A DNA stretch of 64,000 nucleotides from Takakia lepidozioides (Eukaryota > Plantae > Bryophyta): assembly GCA_030704615.1 (NCBI GenBank), contig CM060732.1, forward strand, positions 13,082,001 through 13,146,000, read 5' to 3'. The first letter of the stretch is position 1. Each line of letters starts with the position of its first letter. This document shows, piece after piece, positions 26,818-39,079 of the stretch. The notes beneath the pieces are model-generated. The model did no database searches, was not told the origin of the DNA, and saw only the letters and a list, made by a program, of their open reading frames with translations. The position numbers were made by a program, and so were the translations under genes.

Positions 26818-27278
26818 TCACACTTGGAAATGAAGCGGAGAGCGCATCTCTGAGCAGAAAGAGGGAGAGCACGGAGTAGGAGGAGAACGATCTGTTGATA
26901 CTTGCTGAATGCAAGAAGTAGAGTTGTAATGTAGAGCATAATAGAGACAACACCATGGCTTCAGCCTGATACTTGATAGATATTAATCTGATATATACTT
27001 CATACTCACACTGTGTAGAGAGACCTGAGTGAAGCTGTGGAATAATGGTAGGAACTTGATAGATTTCTGAAGCAAACTGATACTTAAATGCAGATAGTAA
27101 GGTAACTCCGCTAACATGAATCGGGAAGGAGTACAAATAGGGAACACCCCCATGATACACTAGCTGTAGGTCACGACTGATTGTTCTGAGCGGCTGAGTG
27201 CTTAGAGATTTTCCACCTCTTCTATCTTGGAGTTCCCACCTCGGATAGCGAAGGGATGGTGGTAAAAGCCGCACGACA
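26211..27278 (+). repeat. 5' LTR of Athila-like Gypsy B2 (TGT...ACA), containing CACAGCC repeats and a ~50 nt poly-G run (26767-26816)
   Basis: TGTTTAGG...GCACGACA. Homologous to the B1 LTR. Followed by a PBS. Confidence 0.8.
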
Positions 27279-27280
27279 TT

Positions 27281-27298
27281 TGGCGACCATACTGGGGA
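27281..27298 (+). promoter_or_regulatory. Primer binding site, tRNA-Arg type
   Basis: TGGCGACCATACTGGGGA two nt after the LTR end, close to the TGGCGACTCCACTGGGGA Arg-type PBS of Tat/Ogre elements. Confidence 0.75.
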
Positions 27299-28349
27299 AC
27301 TGGGTCATGAACAACCAGATGTGACAGGCATCTGGTGGGATCATGGTGGATGGAGAATTAAAGAATTTGATGTGAATCAAATTCCCTGTGAACTGAGAAG
27401 GAAAGATTGTCAAACGATTCTTTCAAGGTTTTTGGAATTGCCAGACGGTTGTAAAGAAAACATTCTTAAAAGAGTGCATGATGCTGACCCTGAGGGGTCT
27501 GGATAAAGAGTGATAAAGATTTATCAGGTGGCCTGTAAAGGAGAGCACTTTGGTTACCAACACTGGTTTATGTGATAGCATTGCTATCCATTAAACACAG
27601 TAGAGTTTGAAGGCTGGGAGGAAAGAAAGGTGAATTTTATAGTCATATGCATGAAGAGCTTGTACTGGTAAAGAAATTGGATTCCAAAGGATATTTTGTG
27701 GATCAAACTCACACCAAGAACAACTTTCCAACTTGTTTGCCATTGGTTATATGGTAACGGAGACTTCTAGTATAGCCAAGGGTGCATTGAAGCTTGAGAG
27801 AACCCAGGCATATCGAGAGATATTACAGAAGAGAGTTTTGTTATTGCCACATTAAAAAAATGAAAGACATGGGACATGAGTGATGAAAGAGAAGCTAGAC
27901 TCCAGAGATATTCAGCAAAAAGAGAAAGCTATCTGAAGCTAATTATCCATATCTTTGGGAGAGAGGAATAGACATAGGGAAATCATCTGGACCTCTCCAC
28001 ACCATTAAAGATCAGAGAGTACATCACCCATACCGGAAGAACTAGAGTTGGATGCCACTCCTTCTTTTTCTTTGCAAGAAAGATTAGGGAATTGGTACGG
28101 GAAGAAGATCAATCACGAGGTGAAAGATCTGAGGTACATCCTGGATAAAGATTTGACAGAAATCTTTGATAAGAGTTGGCATGGAACACCAAAACAGGAA
28201 CTCCAGTTTCTGAAGCGGTGGTGAAGAAGGAGGAGAGGATGTGGCAAACCAACAGAGAGTTTCAGACTCTCCAACACCATTGCAGTTGAGTTACATGAGT
28301 GAAGAAGAAACCCAAGGGCAGAACTTAAGGATGAAATAGAGAGAAGAAA

Positions 28350-31300
28350 TTGGAAGAGGAAGAGTATGAAGAAGTAGACCCAACAGCTGAGGTTGAGACT
28401 ACAACCAGGACATCCCAACCCGTTGGACCTGGATCAAGTGGAGCACTTGGATCACAGGCCAACGAAGGTGTCGGCTCAGGGGGATCAGGTGGGCTGCCTG
28501 GATCTGGCTCTGGGGGGACAGGGAGTGTGGGAAGTAGTGCAACTGGAGCTGGGAATACTGTGAATATCGTGGGGGGGCCAGTAGCAGGGAGTGCTCAGGG
28601 GCCACCACTTGGTGGAAGATCCCACCAACAACAACAGGTCCTGAGGACCAGCACCAGCAAGGGTGTCAGCACCTGTCAGTGGGCAGAAGGTAGGCCACAG
28701 ATGGCGTTACAACCAACACGGGCAAAACCACCTTTTCCAATATATGCAGGAAAAAGGGGATCCCGATGTACACATTAGCCAATTTGAGCACATGTGTATA
28801 GTGAACAATGAGAATGGTGATGATGCCAAGATGAGACTGTTTCCTTGTTCACTTATCAAGAAAGCAAGTGAATGGTATGCAAGATTCCCTGATAATCATT
28901 TCCTAACCTGGAATGGCTTGAATACAGCATTCCGAAATAGGTTCAGGACAAGTAAAACTGAGGATGAAGTGTATGGAAGTTTACAACAGTTAAAGCAAAA
29001 GAAGCATGAAAACTGTTGAGGAGTATATGAAAAGATGGAATTGATGATGAAAAGCTGGCTGCTGTACTAGCACCAGGTTTACAGAAGACTTGGTTTGTGA
29101 GTGGACTAAGACCAGAGTTGCAGAAGAAAGTGGATATGTTACCCCACAATACAGTGGAGGAGGCTTTGAAACTGCAAACAAATTGAGCAATTGGGAATGC
29201 TCAGGAGAGAGAAAAGGGATGATGAGGACTTTGAGGATGAGTCAGATGAAGAAGAGAGCAAGAACTGAAAAGGAGAGTAAGAGAAAGGAGAAGTTGAAGA
29301 GGGATAACTATGAGAAAAGAATAGAAGAAATCTTGAAAAGTATGCCACATAGGCTGCAACACATTGGAGGAAGGGTGTTTGGTGTGCAAAGTGCCAGAAT
29401 GAAGGCCATACCACCACTGAATGTCACATGAAGGAGAAACACTGTACTATCTGTAAGATGGATAACCATTCTACTGAGAATTGTTACTACAACAGAAGGA
29501 CAGCTGCCAGAGAACCTAGGCAAAGTAAGGTGCATCAAGTGCGCCCCAGCCAAGAGAAACAATGATCAGGACCCTATGGTAGGCCTGGTGGTTATCAACA
29601 TGGCATGGAAGGAGAGGTAATTCAAGAGGAAATTACCAAGGAAATTCTAGAGGCAACTATCAGGGTAATCCAAGGGGAATTACTAGCCAGGGAACAGATT
29701 ACAGAAATAATCCAAGGGCAGACCAAGGGCGAGGACCCAATGGTGAGAACTGTGTTACTATTGTAATCAGCCAGACAAAATCGCAAGGCAGCCTGTTCAT
29801 CTCTGGATTGACACCAGAATGAGATGAGAGCTCCTGTGAATGAGGGCCCAGTGGTGGCAGCTCACATGGTTAGGCCATGTGTTGTACCAGAAGTAAGTAC
29901 AATGATAGTAAAGAAGCAAAGCAACTAATACCTCCAGTAGTTGATGAAGATGATGATAATGAAGATGGCAGTGATATGCCTGAAGATGATGAGGCTTGGA
30001 GAGTGAGAAGGAACTGCACAAGGAAGTGACAGATACCATAAGGGAAATGCAGAAGAGTACTGATATTCCTGTGGCAGATTCCTCTGATTCTGATGGAGAA
30101 GAAGAAGTGAGTGAGGATGAAAGGAAGAAAGAAGCTGCAGACATGCAAAGTAATGAAGGGACTTTGGCTGAAGTAATATGCAGACCAAAGCAGAGATTAC
30201 CATTGCACACAGCTATTGGCTGTGGCACCTTATTGTAGACACAGGCTGTATCAAGCAATCAATCGAATGCCGAGGAGACAGGAAACACAGACCTGAACAC
30301 AAGGTGACCAGTTATAACGTGAAGCCGGAAGGGCGAGAAACAGTCCATGGACTTTGATGATTCTATCCAGTAATCCAATTGAAAATTGGAAGCACAGAAC
30401 TAACTGATGTACTGATAGATGGAGGCTCTAGAGTAAATATCATGACAGACCAATTAAGGAAGAATCTTGGTCTAAGTAACATGAAACAAGCCCCATTTAC
30501 AGTAACAATGGCAGATCAAAGAAGTGTACAGCCATTGGATTGATAAGAGGAGTTAAGATACAGATACGAAGATGATCTTTATGATCACAGTAACTGTGCT
30601 GAAGATGGATGAAGTCATGGAGGCTTACTCCTTATTATGGGACGTCCGTGCTGAAACAGGCCAGGGTATTCCATGACTGGAATTTCTCAGTTACTAAACC
30701 GTGCATAATGGGATGCACGAGATACAAATTACCACAAAGAAATCTAGTAGATTACCTGCTACGAGAAGACCTCAAGGGGTCAGGAGTATGACTGGAGAGG
30801 AGGACTGGATGAGGAGCAGGAGCTACCTGTTCGCTGCACACCCGAGTGGGAGCAGGTTGCAGAGATGCGGCTGGAAGGCCTAGTTTGTTTAAGAGGTATC
30901 TGCTGTGGTGTAGTGTCAGCAACACCAATTGAGAGGAAACCAGCATTACCCATCACATTTTCTTGAAAAAAAGAAGGAGAATGGAAATCCTAGAGGAACC
31001 AGCCACTGTGAGTTTACAGAGATGAAGTGGTGACCGGTTGGACAATCACAGCTGATGAGCAAGTGAGGGAAGTGAATGTGGGAACTGAAGGACCGAGGAT
31101 GGTGAAGGTAGAGCTGATTTGGAGCCAGAATTCTTGAAGAAGCTAAGAGTTTGTTCATCACATACAGAGATGTATTTGCTTGGAGCTATGAGGATCTAAA
31201 AGGGATACCACCCTGAAATCTGTCAGTCATAAGATTGAATTGGAACCAATGTCAGTACCAATCAGCAGCAAGGTAACAGAATGAATCCCAACTATGCACC

Positions 31301-33705
31301 AAAGGTGGAGAAGAGATCAAGAAGTTGCTGAGGCTAAGTTTATATACCCATAGAGTATACAATTGGTTGTCCCCATTGTGTAGTTCCCAAGAAGAATGGT
31401 AAACTAAGAGTTTGTGTGAACTACAAGAAGCTAAATGCTTGCACGAAGAAGGATCATTTCCCTTTGCCATTCACAGAAGGCAGTATTGGACACTGTGGCA
31501 GGCCATGAGATGTACTCATTCATGGATGGCTTCAGTTGGTTATAATCAAGTGCAAGTGGCATAAGAAGACCAGGGAAAGACGCTTTCATCACAGACTGGG
31601 GTGCTTTGCATAAAGTCATGCCTTTGACTTTGTAATGCACCAGCAACCTTTCAAGAGAGTGATAAGTGAATCTTTTCTGAGTATCTGGATGATTTCATGC
31701 AGGATCTTGGATGATTTCAGTGTGTACAGCTCTAAAGAATGAGCACTTGCATAAATTGGAGTTATGTCTGGCCAGATGCAGAATGAGAGGTCTGGGCCTG
31801 AATCTGAGAAATGTATTTCCTGTGTGAACTCAGGGGTGCTTTTGTGGACACATTGTGTGTAAGAGGGGAACTTCTTGTGGATCCCAGTAGACAAACGGCC
31901 ATTAAAGCCTCTCCACCACCATTAAATGCTAAGAGTCTAAGGAGAATTCCTGGGACAACCAGCTATTACAGAAGATTTGTCAAACGGTATGCACAGATAG
32001 CAAGCAGCACATTGAGCAAACTTCTGAAGAAAGATCAGTGTTTGCATGGACACACACAACCTGAATGTCAACAGGCTTTTGAGGAACTTACATTGTCAGT
32101 ACAACTACCCTATCTGATTAATCCTCACTGGCAGGAAATATTCATGTTCACTGTGATCTTCTGGAGAAGCACTAGGAGCAGTGTTAGCCCAAACTGTTAC
32201 GGAAGGATAGATTCACCTGTGTACTATGCTAGCCGATTGATGAACATGCCGAAAGAAATTATAGCACAACGGAAAGAGAAGCATTGGCAATGATCTATGC
32301 AGTGAAGAATTCAGGGCATTACCTGCTGGCAAGACGTTTATGTTCTATGTGGATCACCCGGCTCTGATATACCTGGTAAACGAACCTCTGATAAGCGGAA
32401 GAAATAGCAAGATGGTTGATAATCTTGCCGAGTTTGAGTTCGAGGTTGTTTACAAGCCTGGAGCTGCTCTTGTGGCGGATCACTTGTCACCGTTATCAAC
32501 AGGAGAACCAGCCACGGGAGTAGATGATCAATTACCAGATGCGAGTCTATTTGCAGTGGAGGTGCAGGAAGTGCAGATGACTGGTTAGATGGCAATGGCA
32601 CTAATACTACCTTGCTCTGGTCAGTGCCCACCATTATGGAAAGGAGCTAGCCAAGAGAATTGCTATCAGGCTCTACCTTACACTATGGTAGGGAGCAGAA
32701 TGTATAAGCTAGGACCAGATGGAGTGCTGAAGCGATGCTTATACCACCATGAAGTTAATAAAGTTTTGGAGGAAGTTCATAAAGGAGTGGCAGGAGGTCA
32801 TTTTGGAGAAGAGACTACCAGTAGGAAGATACTACATGCAGGTTACTGGTGGCCTACTTTGTTCAAAGATGTACACAAGTATTGTCAGAGTTGTGATGAA
32901 TGTCAGAGGCTAGGACCTTTGCAGAGATCTGGGAAGATGGCTTTGCATCCTACAATGCCTACGGAACCATTTCAGAAATGGGGACTAGACTTTGTTGGAC
33001 CAATTAACCCACCAGCCAAGAATACACAGAACAGGTACATAATTACAGCCAATGATTATACTAGAAGTAGGTGGTATACAAGGGTAATGGGCAGGCAAGG
33101 CTACCAACAAAATACTATGTACTATCTTGGCTAAGATAGTCAATGCAAACAGAACGGATTGGGATACAAGCTGCTGACAGCTTTGTGGTCATACATGACT
33201 TCATATAAAGTCACCACTAAGTGTACACCATTCCAATTAGTTTATGGTATGGAAGCTTTACTTCCAGTGGAATTCTGTTACCTACCATGAGAACGGAATG
33301 GGGAAAGAGAATGGAATTGCAAGATTCAATTAAGGTCAGGAAACATGAATTATACCATGTGGAAGAAGTACGTGCTGATGCAAGCTGATAACATGACCAG
33401 AATTCAGATGAAGAGAAGGAACAGTTTGATGAAGCAAGATAAAGACTTTTAAGATGGGAGATTTGGTTCTCTGGTTGCAGAAGAAGGGAAAGATTAAAGC
33501 TTCTAAGCTTAAATCACCATGTAAAGGACCTTATGTCATACAGAAGATGTATGATAACAACACCGCCATGTTACAAACCATTAACAAAGAGATGCTGGGA
33601 AGAGTTAATGCCAATAAGTTGAAGGGGTACAGTGGTATCCATGACAACCATTGCAGCATGATTTGCATGTCGAAACGCAGAAGCAGTCACGGGCTGCGCC
33701 AGTGA
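28350..33705 (+). pseudogene. Gypsy B2 gag-pol (gag with several Zn knuckles, PR, RT, RNaseH, IN), many frameshifts
   Basis: Gag DPDVHISQFE...RLFPCSL..ASEWY. PR LIDGGS near 30410. RT LDDF near 31705. RNaseH PVYYASR and VDH. IN GGHFG..YWWP..CQSCDECQ and WGLDFVGP. Confidence 0.85.
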
Positions 33706-33769
33706 TACCAACAGAGTATGGAGCATTTGTCGCTAGGCCGAGCGTATATGACCAGGGCGGCAGTACAGA

Positions 33770-33930
33770 GGCCACACAGCCTATCACAGCCCAGCACGCC
33801 AACACAGCCTATCACAGCCCAGACACAACATATCACAGCCCATATCACAGCCTTACACACACAGCGCCACACAGCCTATCACAGCGTACCACAGTATGAC
33901 AACAGCCTGTCACAGCACAACACAGCCTAC
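33770..33930 (+). repeat. CACAGCC/ATCACAGC tandem repeats in the spacer between pol and the extra ORF
   Basis: Repeated cacagcc(tat) units, the same motif as in the B LTRs. Confidence 0.7.
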
Positions 33931-34399
33931 TAGGGTTACACAATCCATAGGATCAGTGACAGGTGGACGTGGGTTAACATCCGGAGAGTGGCCAGCGGAA
34001 AAGTGGACGAAGGCACGTGTAGAAATGGACACGTGGACGCCAGGGCGAGACACACAGCCGGACATGGATTGCAAGGGCGACTGTCATCAAGGAAAAAGAC
34101 AAATTGGCCGTCAAAGTACCTACCCGGCACATTAACTTATTATGGCCCATTAATGCATACGGGGAAAGGGTAACGGAACCCTTAAAAAGTACCGAAAAGC
34201 GAAATCCATGTCACATGTGCTATCCTAGTGGACAGTCCAGAGTGGAAAATCCATGGAATGAAATGAAATCTAAAATCCAGTCACCAGCATTACAGCCAAT
34301 CAAAGCCAAAGCAGAATCAAGAAAATGGAGGAATTTTAAGCGCAAGAGTCGGCGTCGTTCCAAGTAATGGGCGTCACGACGGGACAAACCATCAATGCT

Positions 34400-36715
34400 A
34401 TAGCTTTGAAGCTATGGAGGAATTAACAGACTATACGCTCGCGATACTACTTACGTAGTGGCACGGGGATAGAAGAACAGAGAGTTTTCTCTTAATCGAT
34501 GCTTGCAAGCCCCGCAGGCTTACAAGAAATTACCCATAGCATTTTGTGGCAACCATACGTTTATGCTTTGTGCCCTGCAGGCATTTCTTCAATTGTTACA
34601 GCCAAAACCTTTCTGTGGGTCTAGAATGAAGAGTGAGAGGAATGGAAAAAATCAGGGTGAAGAGCACCACAATCCTGCAGAAACAAACGATTGCTACTCC
34701 ACAGGCGGTACAGTTACTGAAGGAGCTGCGATTAGAAGGATTGCAAAGCAAAGATTGGACATTGCACCATAGGTAGTACATGTTACAATTCTTGCAGAAC
34801 TTTGAGCCTAGGACAGGAGCAACAACGGTGAAGGGATTGAATTAGAAATTACTCCCCTATACCTACAGCAATTGTTTGAATTGCCATCAGGTCAGGTGCA
34901 TGTGGAGGAGCACATGGCAAGACTGCAAATAGGGGACTTATTCCAAGAAGGGAGTTTATTTAAAACTCAGGGTTATGCTTGTACCAAGGCCGTGTACCCA
35001 GGGCTAAGGGAGGTAGGCCAGTATTGAACGTTCTGTTTGCCATGAAACAGAACCAACAGTATTTGAGCAGATCCTTCACAGAGGAAATACTCAAAGCCCT
35101 GAGAGGAGAAGAGGTAGCATGGGCGGACATAATGTACAACGCACAGGTAGAGGAGATGAAAAGATTACAGGGCATTGCCGCAAAGTCTCCTATCATAGTG
35201 TCTGGCCCAATCATTGCTCAAATAATTCTTGATTCTTGCATACTTGATGCTCGGGAAAGAAAGGAGATGGGAGTGTTTGAGGCCGAAACCACTGCAATGG
35301 AAGAACAAGGCTCTTCACACAGTGAGGGTGGACTGGCAGGGCAACCCGAGTCTAAGAGATAGAGGCGGGGAAAGACTGTATGGCGGATCCACTGGCTTCA
35401 CGGAAACCGCATAATAATGTTTCCCAAGCTCTTGTGCAGGAAAGGGCACAGCAGCACAGAGAGCTGCTATTATTGGAAGCAGGGCCTTCAGAGAGGGAAG
35501 AGGAAGTTACTTCAGTATCACAGCCATTACAACCACATGATCGGCTTGTCACAGAGTTACCACAAGTTGTCCATGCAGTTCCACCACAAATAATTGATTT
35601 GGAGAAAGAAGGGTTAGATATCCCCACTACAGAACAGGTGGTGGCAGAAATTGAGAAGGGGGACCTTCTCTATGAAAATTCTGGTTTGGTCAGGGAAACA
35701 ATGATTGCAGAGGTGCAGCGGTTGTCCAGGGGAAACCCTGCTGTGCATATAATACACACACCTGTGACGGAGGTACCACAGGTAGAATGTCAAGACACTG
35801 CAGCACCTGTGACGGATGAAGTGGTTCAGGAAGAAAATCTGGTGGGGCAATGGCCTGAATGGTTCGTGAGGCATCACACTGTTGAGGATCAGGGAGAACA
35901 GCAGCAAGCTCACCATGATGACCCTCAACAGGCCATGCTTATGAGTTCCATAAGCATGACACTTAATTTGTTGGGCACTTATGTCAAATCCCATGTTCCA
36001 ACTACCCAATTGGCAGCTTTGAGGGAGGAACTCAGGAAGGAGTTTGAGGCTTGACTTGCCACTGAGTGTGGAGGTCACTCTCAAGATACAGCAAGACTTA
36101 GAGAGTACAAAAGCTGCTTTGCAATTGGCCAAGGAACAATTGATTGAGGCAGGCCTCGCGCAAGACCAGTTGCACGAAGCACATAAGCAACAGCTATACC
36201 AAATGCAGGTGAAGCATGAAAGCAAGAAGTGAATGCACTACATACTGAGTTGCAGACAGTGCATGACAGGATGGCCATACAATGTGCTACACTCACAACT
36301 ACGCTTGAGCACACTACATTAGAAGTTAACAGTCAAGCGGAAAGATGTACGAAGGCAGAGGCAGAGAATGTCGAGCAAGCGAAACTCATTGTCGATATGA
36401 AGAATACAATCTGTCGCAATGAGAATACCTTCAAGCAATACATGCAGGTTGAAGCTGACCAAGAGAGGTACATCCTGGAATTGCAACAAACGCTCATGTC
36501 CAATAGAAATGAACTCTCTGTGGCTAACAAGGCTTGGAAGGAAGCCAATAATCTGGCTGCTGCATATGCGAATTTGGTTGAACCTCATGCAAAGCACATG
36601 GAGGCTTTACAACAGTAGATAGATGTGTACAGGCTCACAGAGGAGTAGACTCTCAAGGGTGCCACAAGCAACTTGGTGGATAACCACCTTATGCAGGTCT
36701 GGTTAGCACAAGGGT
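34400..36715 (+). pseudogene. Extra env-like/coiled-coil ORF of Gypsy B2, 3' truncated
   Basis: Colinear with B1 26057-23690 (YLSRSFTEEILKALRGE.VAWAD, ANKAWKEANNLAAAYA). Homology stops after QVWLAQG. Confidence 0.75.
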
Positions 36716-37070
36716 GACAAAAATTCATGACAAGAAGATGAATGACCAAAACTTTTGACGAATGCACAACGTATATGAAATGAGTGTGGAAGGTTTGTGG
36801 GGTGGATTAAAGAGTACAGAGGATGAATGTACAATGGATGTTGAACAAAGGAAAAAATTCATGAATGGAGCACGCATGAATACACTCTAGATGAATGCAC
36901 AATGGATATGAGAAGAGTCAGGGAGGTTTGTGAGATGGATTCATACATATTGCAATTTAAATGAAAGTTGATTTTGTGACTATTATTTGTTCTAAAGGAA
37001 CAACTACGGTGGAGGAAGGGGATTCAACGTTTTCCATATAGTATGAAAATGAATATTAAAAGAATATAGT

Positions 37071-39075
37071 TCAGTCTGACTCAGAGTCAGTACAATGTAT
37101 CCCCGCTTCCTCTGCATCTAAGTCTAAGTATTTTAGAACACCGGATCCACGCTAGATACACCTACGGCTGGGCAGTAAAAAGTCAAGGGATAGGGACTCG
37201 GCCGCGTGAAGTGCCATTGCTTCGGCATAAACAGGAAGCAGAAAATTGGAAAGGGGGCTGTCAAAAAGAGACTTGCCAGAAATGACTGTATCTCCTGAAG
37301 ATCCACCGCTGCCTTTCCTGAAAGACAACCTGAAAAAGTTATTACTGTAACTTTGATGTTATTGAGAAATTGAGTATGGCTCCCAAAGAGGGTTTAGCAC
37401 TTACTCACGTCGTTGTCGACCTGCTTATCTTCGAGATTGTCATCATTTCGAATTTGAATCCGATCAGTCTGTGTGCCTGAAGTGGAGCCAGACAAAGGGG
37501 GAGGAGCACTGTGTTGTAGAGGTCAGAATCACCCTCCATGCCAAAAAGGCTTCTTCCGCCTGCCTTGCATGCATGGTAAGTTGCTCCTGCACCAGACAGG
37601 AGGACATGAACAGTTTGGTTGGGGGGATTTAAGCAGATGAAACTGTTGAAAGAAAACCAATTCGGAAGGGAAAGAACGAACTTGTGGACACAGAAAGATC
37701 GACCACCCGTGCAGAGTGGTGGCTGCATGACTCCAGCAATATTTGCATGAACGCTGGGGACTTTTCCTTTGCACCTCTCCAGGGAGTGCCATCTGGTCTC
37801 TTCAGAGTCTGACTGGACTGCATGAAGTTTGTACAAATGTCATCGACATGGAGGCTCATAGGGGGGTTGACGAAACAACCCTGGTCAGAAATCTCAAAGC
37901 TGCAGATGGAGGATGGTGTCTTGGAGGTGCGAATCCTGCGCAGGCAGATCGCCTCGAACATCCTCGTCTGCCAAAGATAGCAGGTTAGTGTGGTAAACAC
38001 AATCTATAGTGGAAGTGTGTACATCGGCTATTTAAACTCAGACACAAAAAAATCATTTTTATCACGAATCGGTGATGATCGGTGTCGATCATAACAGATT
38101 CTACTAGAGTGGAGCTGCAGAGAACATTGAAACTCATCATGAAAGCACAAGCAGAAGGGAGACGACATACCAGCTGACCAGGGAAACCCCCTTTCACAAG
38201 GTAGAGGCTGTTCACACACATTCCATGTGCGCAAAACTTCAAACCCTGAAGACTTGAGGTATGATGCCAATGCCCGGACTATCATTGTCACATGACTGAA
38301 AAAGCAGAAGTGTCCCTCCATCAGAGAGTTATTACAGAACCCGAACCCCAACTCCAGTAATTGTCCTCGAATTTTTCCAGCCTGGCGTCTTGCCTTTGGA
38401 AGAACTTATGGCACAGCCTGGCCATCTGGGATGTCGAGAATGACAATGTCGGCCGCATAAGTTTTCTGCACACCGCACACGAAGGTGGGACCTGTGCACC
38501 TGCAACAGACATGTTATAAGAACGATGGCAAGAATTTTTAAAGAACGAGACTGAAATACTGCCAACGAAACTTTCAGAGAAAAAAGAAAGAAACTGGAAT
38601 TCTCACCAGATTGAGGAATGAGATTATATTGTCCCAGGTAGGCGAAGGCACCCCAGTGTATCCTCTCTTTCGACTCTGCATCATCGACAGCCAACCCTCA
38701 TTAACAATTTTCATCTCTCCTGCCGAATCAGAACGGGAAGGGTGTGGCTTGGCATCGAACACGCACTGAACAGTGCGGGTATATCTTCCAGCAGTAAAGT
38801 CCTGCCCACTCTCCATCTCCTTTTCTTTCTCCTTCCCCTTGTCCTTTTCTTTCTCTTTGGACTTGTCTTTGTCCTTTGGCTTTGCTGGTGAGATGACTAT
38901 GACATCAACAGCCTTGTCTTTCTGTTTGCGGCCCGCCTTCTTTCCCTTCTGCGGCATTCCCTGAGCATCAGGCTCCTTGGCAGCCAATGTTGCTATGTTT
39001 CGTTGGTTCTGCTCATGAAAACCGATTGTCTTACTACTCCGTTCATGCCGCTCATGCTCATGAAATAACAAACCT
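37071..39075 (-). pseudogene. Spliced, decayed beta-class DNA amino-methyltransferase-like gene (N6_N4_Mtase-type fold), 5' truncated
   Basis: Motif IV-like ADIVILDIPDG (38421-38453). PWRGAKEKSPAFMQILLESCS, VVDLSVST|xATYHAC and GRSLFGMEGD match the EKP / motif I / II order of beta-class MTases. GT-AG introns 38606-38500, 38170-37968 and 37681-37587, and a fourth starting at 37408. Frameshifts and a stop are present. Confidence 0.7.
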
Positions 39076-39079
39076 CCCA

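Noticed and set aside
26517-27274. Poly-proline ORFs
   Set aside because: Translation of the poly-G run inside an LTR.
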